Shown here: piece after piece, positions 49,200 to 59,567 of the stretch | How the letters are laid out: each line of letters starts with the position of its first letter | How positions within the stretch are numbered: position 1 is the first letter of the stretch | NCBI GenBank assembly: GCA_044229975.1 | Contig: JBGARZ010000011.1 | Coordinates: forward strand, 256,001-320,000 | Direction of reading: 5' to 3' | DNA: 64,000 bases | DNA from: Polyangiales bacterium | GTDB lineage: Bacteria > Myxococcota_A > Polyangia > Polyangiales > Ga0077539 | Notes under the pieces: generated by a model | The model's database searches: none | Told to the model about the DNA's origin: nothing | The model's input: only the letters and a program-made list of their open reading frames with translations | Program-made: the position numbers and the translations under genes

Positions 49200-50018
49200 A
49201 TGAGCCCACCCACGCTCACCGCCCTTCGCTCGGCGCTCCCCGTCGCGCTCTCGGTCGCGGCCCTGCTCGCGCCCGCGGCGGCATCCGCCCAGCTCCTGCG
49301 ACGCGCGTCCGAGACCGTGCACACCGGCTCGTCCAACCGGCGCCGCGACGACAACGACTCGCCCTCCCCGTCGCCCTCCACGCCGTCCTCTTCTTCGTCG
49401 TCGTCCTCTGGTCGCGGCAATCGCTGGCTCCGACCGCGGGCCTTTCTGCCGTGCCCGTACGCCTGGGGCTACCAGGGCTACGCGGCGCCCGTCACCACGG
49501 CCCAGCACAGCGGGCGCGGCCTCGCGGTCATCACCACGCTCGACGGCGGCCTCGCCCTCTCGTCCGTCGGGCGCGGCGGCTTCGGGCTGCGGGTGCTGGG
49601 CTCGGTGCTGGAGTTCGAGCTGCGACTCAACGCCTTCGTCGAGCCCGCCGCCGAACAGACCACCTGGGTCGGCCTCGGGCGCTACCGCGGCGCGGTGGCC
49701 CTCGCCGACAGCGCCGACGTACGACTGCGCTTCTTCGGCGGACTGCTCCATTGGGTCGACGACCGCGGGAGCGAGTTTGGCTTCGAGGGTGGCCTCGGCG
49801 TCGACGCGTTTCCGGGCGAACCCTGGGTGCTCTCCTTCGATGTGTCGGGCGGCCTCGTCGGGCGCGCCGGGCTCGTGGGCCTGCGCGGAACCGTCGGCTA
49901 CCTCTTCGGGCCCGTCGAGGTTCAGGTCGGCTGGCAGCACGAGTCGCTCATCCCGACGGTGAGCGGCGGCAACGTCGACCTGAGCGGTCCGTTGGTGGGC
50001 TTGCGGCTCTGGCGGTAG
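49200..50018 (+). CDS. Putative outer membrane beta-barrel protein
   Basis: Signal peptide, amphipathic beta strands, C-terminal GLRLWR. Confidence 0.7.
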   Translation: MSPPTLTALRSALPVALSVAALLAPAAASAQLLRRASETVHTGSSNRRRDDNDSPSPSPSTPSSSSSSSSGRGNRWLRPRAFLPCPYAWGYQGYAAPVTTAQHSGRGLAVITTLDGGLALSSVGRGGFGLRVLGSVLEFELRLNAFVEPAAEQTTWVGLGRYRGAVALADSADVRLRFFGGLLHWVDDRGSEFGFEGGLGVDAFPGEPWVLSFDVSGGLVGRAGLVGLRGTVGYLFGPVEVQVGWQHESLIPTVSGGNVDLSGPLVGLRLWR

Positions 50019-50615
50019 GTGCCTCCCTCCACGCTCCCTCCCGAGCTGCTCGTCGGCGCCCTCGTCGTGGCGCTGCTGCTCGTCGTCGTGCAGACCGCGC
50101 GGCTCGCCTTCGCGCGCTCGCTCCCGCGCCGTCGCCTCCAGGCCGCGCGCGTCGCGGGCGCCGACGGCGAAGCGCGGGCCGAGCCGCTCCTGCGCTCGCT
50201 CGGCTACGCCATCGTCGCGCGACAGGCGCCCGCCACCTACGACCTCACCGTCGACGGCGAGCCCTGCGCCGTCGCCCTGCGCGCGGACCTCCTCGTCGAG
50301 CGCGGCGGCCGTCGCTTCGTCGCCGAGGTGAAGACCGGGCGACTCGCGCCTCGCCTGGAGACGCCCGCCACGCGGCGACAACTGCTGGAGTACCGCGTGG
50401 CCTTCGACGTGGACGGGGTGCTGCTCGTCGACGTCGACGCGGGGCGGGTGCACACGCTGGAGTTTCCCGAGGGGCCGTCGCGCGCGGCGGAGTCGGGCGG
50501 CGCGTGGCTCGCGTGGCTGCTGGTGGGCGGAGCGCTCGGCGTCGGTGCGATGGTCGCGTGGCAGCGGGCGCCGGCGACGACGGCGAGATCGGCGACGACG
50601 GGCGGCGGGCGGTGA
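50019..50615 (+). CDS. Membrane-anchored PD-(D/E)XK-fold protein
   Basis: RADLLV...VAEVKTG...RQLLEY between TM helices. Confidence 0.75.
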   Translation: MPPSTLPPELLVGALVVALLLVVVQTARLAFARSLPRRRLQAARVAGADGEARAEPLLRSLGYAIVARQAPATYDLTVDGEPCAVALRADLLVERGGRRFVAEVKTGRLAPRLETPATRRQLLEYRVAFDVDGVLLVDVDAGRVHTLEFPEGPSRAAESGGAWLAWLLVGGALGVGAMVAWQRAPATTARSATTGGGR

Positions 50616-50625
50616 GGAGCGACGG

Positions 50626-50869
50626 CCCGCTGGGCCGGAGTTCGCGGGCCCCCATTACGGGTGCGTGCAGTCGCTCACTCCGGGCTATTTCACGTCGTCA
50701 CCTCGCTGCGCGAGGTTGCAGCACTGGCTTCGATGAGCAACCCATCGACTTGTTCATCGCCAGCCGAGAGTTACTGCAACCTCGCGCAGCGAGGTGACCA
50801 CGTGAAATAGCCCGGAGTGAGCGACTGCACGCACCCGTAATGGGGGCCCGCGAACTCCGGCCCAGCGGG
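50626..50869. repeat. Long inverted repeat (REP doublet-like), family B
   Basis: 96-bp arms at 50626-50721 and 50774-50869, one mismatch; shares TCACTCCGGGCTATTTCACG with the 42.3-kb copy. Confidence 0.9.
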
Positions 50870-50938
50870 GTCAGTGACGGTCTCGGCGGTGAGGGCCAAC
50901 GCCACCCCGCCCCCCCCGATGGCACCTGTGCATAGACG

Positions 50939-51605
50939 ATGAGATGCCCCCCTCGCCTGGACCGTCGTGCTGCTCGCGGCGTGCTCCGATCGCGGCGCCG
51001 CGGCCCCCTCGTCGTGCCTGCGCTCCGACTTCAACCTCGCCGTCTTCAATGGCTACATCGACGAGCTCGACGTGCGCTTCAGCAGCGACGACGACCCGCC
51101 CACGCCCATCACCGACTTCGTCTGCGCCGCCGACCTCGGAACCTCCGGCGGCACCGTGCAGCAACCCCTGGAGGCCGCATATGGCGCGCTCATCGGCCAC
51201 GAAGCGCGGGAGCGCGCGGGCAACACCGACCCCAACGCTGGGTTCGTTCGCCCCGACGCGGCGCTCGCCCTGCTGGTGATCTCCCCCGGCGACGCCTCGG
51301 TGCGCGACTGCCACCACGCCGAAGCGGGCGTGGCCTGCGAGGACGCCACGGACGTCTTCGACCCCGCGAGCACACGATGGTCCGGGACTTCGCTCGCCGA
51401 GCGCCTCACAGGCTACGCCGACGGGTCATCGCAAGATCCGACCTGGGCGCTCGACCGCTACATGGACCCGCGACGGCCCGAACGCGGCTTGACCGGACTC
51501 AAGCCGGGACGCCCCGAAAACGTGGTGTTCGCGGTGGCGACGGAGGCCCCGTACGAGGTGCCGATGACCCGCAGCCTGACCACCGACTGGGAGTGGGGTT
51601 GGCGC
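50939..51605 (+). pseudogene. Degraded myxobacterial VWA-like lipoprotein
   Basis: LLAAC; FVCAADLGTSG..QQPLEA..NAGFVRPDAALAL; ATG out of frame, no own stop before the convergent gene. Confidence 0.55.
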
Positions 51606-53177
51606 TCAGCAACCCACGAGGTGGATGACGCGTCCGCCGACGACGAGGTCGCGTTGAAACAATCGCTCCGTCCACTGCGTCGTCGCGCGCAGGTCGAAGA
51701 GAACGAGCCAGCCCTCGGCGAGACCCAGCGAGTCGAGGTAACGGACGATCTGCTCGTGGGCCTCATCCTCGGTCTCCGTGTCGCGCCGGAGCTTCGTCTC
51801 GATCACGATGGACTGGGTCTTCCAGACGACGAGGAGATCGAGCGCGCCCTTCCCCAGGGCGTACTCACGCTCGATGCGGCCGCCGCCGTTCACGATGCGT
51901 TGCAGGAAGGCCATGAGCATCAGGTGCGGCCCCGACTCGCGGTACGAGAACCCGTCGGCCGCGAGGTGGCCGTCCTTGCGCCAGAAGGTCTGCCACGCGG
52001 CCATGATCTTCGAGACGTCGAGACTCCCGTCGGCCCCCACGTACCAGAGCGTGCGCTCGGCGAGCGACTCCTGCGCGGCGGCTGTGAGCGCCCGCGGGAT
52101 GACCTCCCGATAGATCGGGTTGGCGACCTCCCAGCCCCCGTCGGCTCGCCGCAGGAGCCCGAGGCCCACGACGTATTGCAGGTCGGCGTCGACGTCGTTG
52201 AAGGGCAGCCTTCCACCAGCGAGCAGCGGGTCGAGCACGCGCCTCACCCGCGGCTCCTGCAACCGCGCGAGGAGCGAGTCGAGGTGCGTGCGGCGCTCCA
52301 GGATCATCGCGTCCTTCGCGGCGTCGATGTGCGCCGCGGTGACCGGCCTGGTACGGTCGCGCTCCTGTCGGTCGACGGCGTGGTCGGCGAGGGCGTTCAC
52401 GAGCCATGGCTGGCCCTGCGAGAGCGACCACGCGCGCTCGACGGCGGCGTCCTCGAAGCGCTGCCCAGTGGACGCCGTGTGCTGTTCGAGGAGCTCGCCC
52501 ACCTCGGGGCGCGTGAAGGCCGCGAGCGTCACGAGCTCGGCGGTCACGTTGAAAGGGGAGCTCGTGCCGAGCCAGCTCACCGCGCGGCGGTCGTCCTGCG
52601 ACAGGGTGTAGTCGCGGATCGCGCGCATCCCGACGAGCACCACGCTCTGGGGCGCGGGCGACACCTTACGCGAGATGTAGAGCGCCCGCAGTTGCGTGAG
52701 AAACGACACCATCGCCGCGCCCACCAGACCGTCGGCCTCGTCGACGAGGAGCACGAGCGGGCGCGCGCTCGCCGCGCAGAGCGCCGTCACGTAGCGCACG
52801 AGCGCGGTGCCAGGCGTGGTGAGCCACTCGTCCACCGCTCCGGCATCAGGTCGCGCGAGGTCGGGCGCGAGGAGCCCGACCCAGCGATCGAACTCGTTGA
52901 GCACGGCGCGCATGGCGGTCGGCACGTCGGCGGTCTCACGAGCGGCCTGGATGTCGACGAGGAGCGCGCGCGGTCCGTCGCCGGTGGCGTAGTGCTCGAC
53001 GAGCCACTGGAGGCTGGTGGTCTTGCCTGTCTGCCGACCCGCCGCGAGCACGAGCCAGCGCGCCTGCGCAATGAGCTCCATCGGGCGCCCGAGCCGACGC
53101 TCGGGCGGGAGCATGTAGTGGTCGTCGCGGTTGCAGGGCCCGGACGTGTTGAAGTAGCGCGCGCGGGTCTCGATCAC
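51606..53177 (-). CDS. AAA ATPase with C-terminal PD-(D/E)XK domain
   Basis: FNTSGPC, GRQTGKTT, LLVDEAD, SPFNV, REYALG..LDL..IETK. Confidence 0.88.
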   Translation of the reverse strand: MIETRARYFNTSGPCNRDDHYMLPPERRLGRPMELIAQARWLVLAAGRQTGKTTSLQWLVEHYATGDGPRALLVDIQAARETADVPTAMRAVLNEFDRWVGLLAPDLARPDAGAVDEWLTTPGTALVRYVTALCAASARPLVLLVDEADGLVGAAMVSFLTQLRALYISRKVSPAPQSVVLVGMRAIRDYTLSQDDRRAVSWLGTSSPFNVTAELVTLAAFTRPEVGELLEQHTASTGQRFEDAAVERAWSLSQGQPWLVNALADHAVDRQERDRTRPVTAAHIDAAKDAMILERRTHLDSLLARLQEPRVRRVLDPLLAGGRLPFNDVDADLQYVVGLGLLRRADGGWEVANPIYREVIPRALTAAAQESLAERTLWYVGADGSLDVSKIMAAWQTFWRKDGHLAADGFSYRESGPHLMLMAFLQRIVNGGGRIEREYALGKGALDLLVVWKTQSIVIETKLRRDTETEDEAHEQIVRYLDSLGLAEGWLVLFDLRATTQWTERLFQRDLVVGGRVIHLVGC

Positions 53178-53216
53178 GGCGCTCTTCTCGTACCACCGCT
53201 CCCCTCGCGGGGGGAG

Positions 53217-54149
53217 CTACGCCCGGCGGATGCGCGGGTCGAGCGCGGCGTACAGCAGGTCCGTCACCAGGCTGCCCAACACGATCCCGGTCGAGGCCAG
53301 CAGCACCGTGCCCATCATCACCGGGAGGTCCATCCCTGTGATGGCCTCGAAGGCCAACCGCCCGAGGCCCGGCCACGCGAAGATCGCCTCGGTCACGATC
53401 GCCCCCGAGAACAGCGCGCCAAACGACAACCCCAGCGACGTCAGCACCGGCAGCAGCGCATTCCGCAGCGCGTGCTTCACCACCACCGCCACCGGTCCCA
53501 ACCCCTTCGCGCGCGCCGTTCGCACGTACTCCGATTGGAGCACCTCGGTCATCTCGCCGCGGACCAGCCGCGCCTCGGAGCCCGTCCCGATGAGGCCGAT
53601 GACCATCGCGGGCAGCACCCCGTGCCACACATGGTCGAGCGCCGTCGTCCCGTAGCCCCCGATGGGAAACAGCCCCCACTGATAGGCCACCACCAACAAG
53701 AACAACTTCCCCGACAGAAAGGTCGGCGTCGACAGGCCCACGAAGGTCGCGCCCAGCACCACCGACTCGGTGCGCGTTCCCTTCCGCAACGCCGCGACAG
53801 TCCCCGCGAAGATGCCCACCACCAACTGGAACACGATCGTCATCACGCCCAGCAGCATCGTGCGCGGGAGGCGCTGCGCGATGAGCGTTCGCACGGGCTG
53901 CCGGTAGCGGAAGCTCCGCCCGAGATCGCCCTGCACCAGGTTGCCCATGTAGCGGGCGTACTGCTCCAGAGGCGGGCGATCGAGGTGGTAGAAGCGGCGG
54001 ATGTACGCGCGGTCGAGGTCGCTCGCGTGCGGCCCCGCGATGGTGGCCACCGGGTCGCTGATGCGAAGCGTCCCGAAGAAGGTCACCGTCGCCACGAACC
54101 ACAGCACCAGCACGCTCCACCCGAGGCGCCGCAGGAGGAAGCGGATCAT
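53217..54149 (-). CDS. Peptide ABC transporter permease (OppB/DppB type)
   Basis: GDLGRS, YVRTARAKG, HALRNALLP, EAIFAWPGLG. Confidence 0.93.
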   Translation of the reverse strand: MIRFLLRRLGWSVLVLWFVATVTFFGTLRISDPVATIAGPHASDLDRAYIRRFYHLDRPPLEQYARYMGNLVQGDLGRSFRYRQPVRTLIAQRLPRTMLLGVMTIVFQLVVGIFAGTVAALRKGTRTESVVLGATFVGLSTPTFLSGKLFLLVVAYQWGLFPIGGYGTTALDHVWHGVLPAMVIGLIGTGSEARLVRGEMTEVLQSEYVRTARAKGLGPVAVVVKHALRNALLPVLTSLGLSFGALFSGAIVTEAIFAWPGLGRLAFEAITGMDLPVMMGTVLLASTGIVLGSLVTDLLYAALDPRIRRA

Positions 54150-55909
54150 CGCAGACCACCCACCGAGAACGGTCCCGAGAAGGCCGCGAGCGCGCCGAGC
54201 GAGCTCGCATGACGAGCGCGAGAGGCGACCCAGTTGCGGCGCGGGAGGTCGAGCCAGGCGTCGCCGAGGAAGTCGTTCCAGACGGGGTGCGGGGTCCAAC
54301 CGCGGACCCAGGGCTGCGTCGCGAAGATGTTGGACGGCGTGTACATGAACGCCCACGGAGCGTCGCGCAGCAGCACGTCCTCGGCCTGCTCGTACAACCG
54401 CACGCGCGCGTCGCGATCGCCCTCGACCTTGGCGCGATCGAGCAGCCCATCGAGCTCGGCGCTGCGATAGAACGCCCGGTTCGAGCTGCCCTCGTCGTGG
54501 ATGGAGCGCGAGTGGAAGTTGGGCTCGATGAAGTTCGACGGGTCGGGGTAGTCCATCGCCCAACCGTCGAAGCCGAGCTGCGCGGTGTGCCGTCGACCGA
54601 TGGCCGCGTAGTAGATGCTCGCCGCCGCGGGGCGCTGCCGCACGCGGAGGCCGATGCGCCGCAGGTCGGCCTGGAGGATGTCGCCGTAGATGCTGCCGGT
54701 CTCGCCCTCGCCGACCCAGAGCGTGACCTCCTCGGCGATGCCGTCGGGGTGACCCGCGAGGGCCATCTCGCGGCGCGCAGCGGCGAGGTCGTAGCGCTGC
54801 CGCAGGGGGTTGTTGGCGCGGTAGCCCGCGATGCTCGGCGGGTAGAGCGACCACGCGGGCGTGATGCGGTAGTTGCGGGCCCGCGCGATGGACTCGCGGT
54901 CGAGGGCGTAGGTGACGGCGCGGCGCACGTGGACGTTGTCGAAGGGCGCCATCTCGGTGTTCATCATGACGCCGGCGATGAGGGTGCCGGGCTCGCGCAC
55001 GACGTACGGTCGCCACGCCGCGTTGTTGAGCAGCCAGAGGTAGTCGGCCGTGCCCAGCGAGTAGTTGTGGACGTAGTCGATCTCGCCCGCGAGGAAGCGC
55101 ATGAACTGGAGGTGCCGCGCGACCGAGAGGCCCATCTCGATGGCGTCGAGGTGCGTGCGCTGGGCGTCCCAGTAGCGCGGGTTGCGGCGCATCACGATGC
55201 GGGTGTTGGGCTCCCAGACGTCGAGGGTGAAGGGGCCGGCGCCGACGGGCCGCTGGCCGAAGCGCTCGTCGCCGAGGGCCTCCACCACGCGGCGCGGAAC
55301 GACCGACGCGAAGCGCATCGCGATGAGGTTGAGGAAGGTGCGGTCGGGCTCGGTGAGGCGGACGATGATGGTGCGCGGGTCAGGCGTCTCGACGCCGGCG
55401 AGGTGGGCCGCGCGGCCCTCGCGGAAGTCGGTGAAGCCGACGATGAGGCGGTAGTTTTCGCCGCCGGGCGACGGGAGGCGCCGCGGGTTGAGCATGCGCT
55501 CCCAGGAGTAGCGGAAGTCCTCGCTGGTGATGACGGAGCCGTCGGAGAAGACGATGCCGGGGCGGAGGTGGAAGGTGTACGTGCGCCCGTCGGGAGAGAC
55601 CTCCCAGCGCTCGGCGAGGGCGGGCGCGAGCTCGACAGAGCCGGGCGCGTAGTTGATGAGCCCCTCGTGGATGAGCCGGGTGGGGATGCCCGCGGTGGTG
55701 TCGTTGGCGAGCGCGGGGTCGATGGTGTTGAGGTCGCCCTCGTAGCCGAAGCGGAGGGTTCCGCCGCGGTGCGGGGTGGCGCTGCCCGCGCCGAGGAAGC
55801 GGGGGTGGGGATACGGGTCGCGGCAGCCGAGGAAGAGGAGGGAGAGGAGGAGGAGGGGCGCCGACCTGTTATTGCCCGGGGTGAGGGCCGACGCCCGAAC
55901 CCCGGTCAC
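54146..55909 (-). CDS. Peptide ABC transporter substrate-binding lipoprotein (family 5)
   Basis: LFLGC lipobox; PALAERWEVSPDGRTYTFHLR, PVGAGPF; start uncertain. Confidence 0.92.
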   Translation of the reverse strand: MTGVRASALTPGNNRSAPLLLLSLLFLGCRDPYPHPRFLGAGSATPHRGGTLRFGYEGDLNTIDPALANDTTAGIPTRLIHEGLINYAPGSVELAPALAERWEVSPDGRTYTFHLRPGIVFSDGSVITSEDFRYSWERMLNPRRLPSPGGENYRLIVGFTDFREGRAAHLAGVETPDPRTIIVRLTEPDRTFLNLIAMRFASVVPRRVVEALGDERFGQRPVGAGPFTLDVWEPNTRIVMRRNPRYWDAQRTHLDAIEMGLSVARHLQFMRFLAGEIDYVHNYSLGTADYLWLLNNAAWRPYVVREPGTLIAGVMMNTEMAPFDNVHVRRAVTYALDRESIARARNYRITPAWSLYPPSIAGYRANNPLRQRYDLAAARREMALAGHPDGIAEEVTLWVGEGETGSIYGDILQADLRRIGLRVRQRPAAASIYYAAIGRRHTAQLGFDGWAMDYPDPSNFIEPNFHSRSIHDEGSSNRAFYRSAELDGLLDRAKVEGDRDARVRLYEQAEDVLLRDAPWAFMYTPSNIFATQPWVRGWTPHPVWNDFLGDAWLDLPRRNWVASRARHASSLGALAAFSGPFSVGGLR

Positions 55910-55935
55910 ACCACGGCGCAGCGCCCCCACGGCGG

Positions 55936-56259
55936 TCAGCGCGGGAGCGCCCGGGACTGCACCGCGAGCTGGTTGACGGCCCACGTCTCCGCCGCCCGCA
56001 GCGACAGGAACGACACCCCCATCCCGTCGCGCACCACCCACCGCACGACGCAGCGGAGCGTCGCGGGCTCCGGCAGGAGCGGCAGCGTGACGGTGACCGC
56101 GACCTCCGTGCCGAAGGGCAGCGACAGCGCCGTCGTGTCGAGGAACATCCCGCCCAGCGACAGGTCTCTCGTGCGGCACTCGACGCGCTTGCCGTCGGCC
56201 TCGAAGCTCGCCCGCAGCCTCGCGGGAAACCGGACGTGTGCTCGCTTCTCGCTACCCAT
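55936..56259 (-). CDS. PilZ domain protein
   Basis: RAHVR (RxxxR) and DLSLGG (DxSxxG). Confidence 0.9.
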   Translation of the reverse strand: MGSEKRAHVRFPARLRASFEADGKRVECRTRDLSLGGMFLDTTALSLPFGTEVAVTVTLPLLPEPATLRCVVRWVVRDGMGVSFLSLRAAETWAVNQLAVQSRALPR

Positions 56260-56342
56260 CGTGAGGGACGCGGACTCTCTCACGCGGCGGTCGTTGGTGT
56301 CATCGGGTTTCCCACCGGGGGCGTGGTGGTACCGTCGCTGCC

Positions 56343-57275
56343 ATGACCGTCGCCGCCCCGCCGAAGCCCTGGGACGTCCCTCCCCTCATCGCGCTCGGCG
56401 CGCTCGCGCTCGCGGCGGCCATCATCTTTCCGCTGGTGCGTCCGACCGCGCTCTACCCCACCGTCCTGCCGCCGCTCGCGATCGATGGTGCCGCGCTCAT
56501 GGCCGAGCACCGCCGCGACCTCGCGCGCACCCGCCCCGTCGCCACCACCGAGGCCCTCGCCGCCTGGAACGCCCTCACCCTCGCCCAGTCCCGCTCCGTC
56601 CGCGAGCGCGCCGGGTGGCAGGCGCAGGCGACCTTCGCGTCGCAGCTCTTCGAGGCCACGGAGGGCGCGCCCGAGGCGCGTCTCGCGGTGCGCGCGGTGG
56701 CGGCGCAGCAGTTTCTCGCCAACCTCGCCAACCCCGTGAGCCCCGGGACCATCGTCGCGCGGCGACACGGGCTCACGGGCCCCGAAGCCGACCCGACGAT
56801 CACGGACGCGCATCGGCTGGGGTGGTTCTTCTTGAGGTGGGAGCGGCTGGCGCTGCCGACGCCGGAGCATGGGCACGTCGAGCCGCTCACCGACACGCTG
56901 CTGCGCATCACCCCGGCGACGCAGCGGGCCTTCGCCTCGTGGCTGCTCTCCGCGAGCTGCAACGACATCACGGGCAGCGCCAACCCCGACCCGCGGGCGT
57001 GCGCCGAGGTGCGTCGCCCGATGATCGCCTTCGCGACGCGCGTCGACCCGCGCTACCCGCGCGACGAGGCGCTCGCGGCGACGGACGTGATGCTGGCCGT
57101 GGGGCTGCGGCACCCGCGTGTGGTGCCGGGCGACGAGCGCCGCGGCACCGACCTCGAAGAGGCCCAGGCCGCGCTGCACCAGGCGCAGGACCGCTACCAG
57201 GCGCTCTCGCGAGCGCAGCCCGACCGACGCTGGACGCGGTACTCGCTGGCCGTGTTGCGCGAGCTGTCGGAGTAA
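56343..57275 (+). CDS. Membrane-anchored hypothetical protein
   Basis: N-terminal TM; long ORF. Confidence 0.7.
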   Translation: MTVAAPPKPWDVPPLIALGALALAAAIIFPLVRPTALYPTVLPPLAIDGAALMAEHRRDLARTRPVATTEALAAWNALTLAQSRSVRERAGWQAQATFASQLFEATEGAPEARLAVRAVAAQQFLANLANPVSPGTIVARRHGLTGPEADPTITDAHRLGWFFLRWERLALPTPEHGHVEPLTDTLLRITPATQRAFASWLLSASCNDITGSANPDPRACAEVRRPMIAFATRVDPRYPRDEALAATDVMLAVGLRHPRVVPGDERRGTDLEEAQAALHQAQDRYQALSRAQPDRRWTRYSLAVLRELSE

Positions 57276-57291
57276 GGGGGCGACGAGCGGA

Positions 57292-58143
57292 TCAGCCGCC
57301 CATCTTCGCCAGCAGCGCCCTCAGCCGTGCGGTCTCCGCTTCTGCACTCTCCGCCCGGAGCCTGGCGTTTTCGGTCTCCGCCTCTGCACTATCGGCACGG
57401 GCCTCTGCACTCTCTGCGCGCACCTTCGCACTCTCGGCCTCCGCCTTCGCACTCTCGGCCTCCGCTTTCGCACGCTCAGCCTCCGCCGCGGCTCTCTCGG
57501 CCTCTGCCGCGGCTCTCGCTGCCTCCGCCTTCGCGCTCTCGGCTCGCTCCTCCGCGGTCGGCACCAGCACGTCTCCCCGCGCGCCCGTCGCCAGTCGCAC
57601 GCACGGCTTGCTCTTGTCGCTCACCGCCCGCAGCCAGCACCCCAGCGCACGGCTCTGCACCCGATCACCCTGCGACGCCTCCACCCGCACCAGCCGCCCT
57701 CGCACCCGCCGCCACACCTGCCAGCGCACCCGCTTGCGCGACCGCGACGTCGCCCATGGGTCGAACACCACGAGCTCCTTCGCCCCCATCGCCTCGTAGT
57801 CGGCCGGCGCCTCGTCGTAGTCCTTCTTCCAGTCGTCGCCAACGATCTCCAGCGCGAAGCTCGGCGCGTGGCCCTCCCACACCTTCCACGAGCTCACCGC
57901 CGGGATGTCCTGCGGCACGCCGTCCACCACGTAGACGTCCGGCGCGCGACGCACCCCGTTGTCGCCCTCCACCCAGTAGAAGAACTGATCCGCTCCCGCG
58001 TGGGCCACCCGTCCCTCTGCCACCAACCACTGCGCGATCAGCGGGCGCAGAAGCTCCGCGATGAGCCGCTGGAGTTCGTGCTCCGCCATGTCATCGCTCT
58101 CCGGGTAATGGACCGCGTCCCACCGCTTTGCCGTCGCGACCAT
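57292..58143 (-). CDS. Uma2-family endonuclease with heptad-repeat tail
   Basis: YPESDDMAE, APDVYVV, ALEIV, ELVVFDP; AEAESAK repeats. Confidence 0.88.
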   Translation of the reverse strand: MVATAKRWDAVHYPESDDMAEHELQRLIAELLRPLIAQWLVAEGRVAHAGADQFFYWVEGDNGVRRAPDVYVVDGVPQDIPAVSSWKVWEGHAPSFALEIVGDDWKKDYDEAPADYEAMGAKELVVFDPWATSRSRKRVRWQVWRRVRGRLVRVEASQGDRVQSRALGCWLRAVSDKSKPCVRLATGARGDVLVPTAEERAESAKAEAARAAAEAERAAAEAERAKAEAESAKAEAESAKVRAESAEARADSAEAETENARLRAESAEAETARLRALLAKMGG

Positions 58144-58229
58144 GACTCCCGATCTATCACACGCCGAGGCGCTCTGCTTAGCGCCCGCTGAAGCGCTCCA
58201 GGTACCGCTCGACGCACCGCCGCACCGTG

Positions 58230-58853
58230 GTCCCATCGGCGATGCCCAGCTGCCGAGCGGATCACCAGGTCGTCGCCGTGGCCGCGCTCTTGATCGAGCA
58301 GGGCGTTCTGCTCGTCGACGTAGGCGACGGCGTCGAGCAGCGCGGGCAGGCGCGTGTCGGCCGTCACGTCGCGAGGCACGGTGACGGTCAGCGCGTGGCC
58401 CGTCGCCAGCGCGAGGCGCATCGGGACGCCGAGCTCATCGAACCACGCCCCCAGGGCCGCGGTCACACGCTCGGCGAAGTCGTCGGCGCCGACCCACCCG
58501 GGCGCGCGCGGCTGCTCTGGAGCGGCGTCCGGAGACTGCGCCGCGAGGTCGAGCACCGCCTCACCGTGGGCCAGCGACTCGGGGGCGTGCGGGCGCAGGC
58601 GGAGGGAGGTTCCGTTGCGGCTGCCGAGGTCGATGACCCACGCGCCGTCGGGGCCACGGCCGACCAGCGCGTGCTGCGCGGAGACCTTCTCCGAGTCGAT
58701 GGCCAGCGGGACGACCCGCCACGCGGAGAGGTCGTGCGTCGACGCCACGCGCGCGGCGTCGGGCGCGCGACCGATCAGGAGCGCTGAGCCGGGTGCGAGC
58801 GTGGCCACGTGGGGTTCGGTGCGGCCGGGAACATGAACGCGCAGACGCAACAT
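58230..58853 (-). pseudogene. FHA-domain gene, probably a truncated sigma54-type regulator
   Basis: IGR, VSAQHA, DLGSRNGT; protein-like sequence ends near DDLVIRS. Confidence 0.55.
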
Positions 58854-58913
58854 CGGCGCGACGGTGTGGGAGAGACGAAGCGCGCGTCAAGGCGTTGGTC
58901 GAGGGTCGTGCGC

Positions 58914-59438
58914 TCAGTGCCGGACAGCGGCGGCCAGCATCGCGAAGGCGATTCCGCCGACGATGGCGAGCGCGTAGAGGCCCATCATCACGGCGGCCGA
59001 GATGCCGACGAAGCGCCAGAACGTCGTCTGCTTCTGCACCGCGTCGGCGAGGCCCTCCATGGGGCCGCCCGCGTCGGCGTAGCGGCCGATGCTGCTCGCG
59101 TAGCGACCGAGCAGGTACGACGGCGCGAAGTAGAAGGCACCGAGCACGATGTACATCACCCCGATCGCCGGACCGATGACCCCGCCGAGCCCGTGAGGAC
59201 CCGACGGGCCGAAGGCGCTGCCCAGCAGACCGCCCACCATCGTGACCAGGCCCAGCAGGATCATCATCCCCGCGCCGATGTACCCGAGCACCGACAGGAA
59301 CATGATCCACGGCTTCGCGCGCTTCATCGCGTCGAGGATCTGGCTCTCGGGGCCGCCGTAGCCATCGCGGAAGGCGCCTCCGGTCGGGTTCGGGTTGGCG
59401 AGAGATGGCGGGGGCGGCGCAGGGATGAAGTCGTTCAT
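58914..59438 (-). CDS. DUF5362-like membrane protein
   Basis: KPWIMFLSVLGYIG...YASSI...QTTFWRFVGI. Confidence 0.75.
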   Translation of the reverse strand: MNDFIPAPPPPSLANPNPTGGAFRDGYGGPESQILDAMKRAKPWIMFLSVLGYIGAGMMILLGLVTMVGGLLGSAFGPSGPHGLGGVIGPAIGVMYIVLGAFYFAPSYLLGRYASSIGRYADAGGPMEGLADAVQKQTTFWRFVGISAAVMMGLYALAIVGGIAFAMLAAAVRH

Positions 59439-59567
59439 GGAGGGCGATGGTATGCCCCGCCGAGGCACGTTGACCATCGCCGGGGGTGCATTGAACCTCC
59501 CGCCGTCTGAGGGCATCCCACGGCGCTCGTCCCCCTTCTTCCTTCCTCTCGTCGGAGCTCATCCATC

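Noticed and set aside
50967..54212. 1081-aa ORF
   Set aside because: Beyond about 51600 it is the antisense shadow of the AAA ATPase and permease genes
54209..57799. 1196-aa ORF, and similar long ORFs at 12675-15650, 44953-48195 and 61450-63981
   Set aside because: Shadow frames of real genes in high-GC DNA
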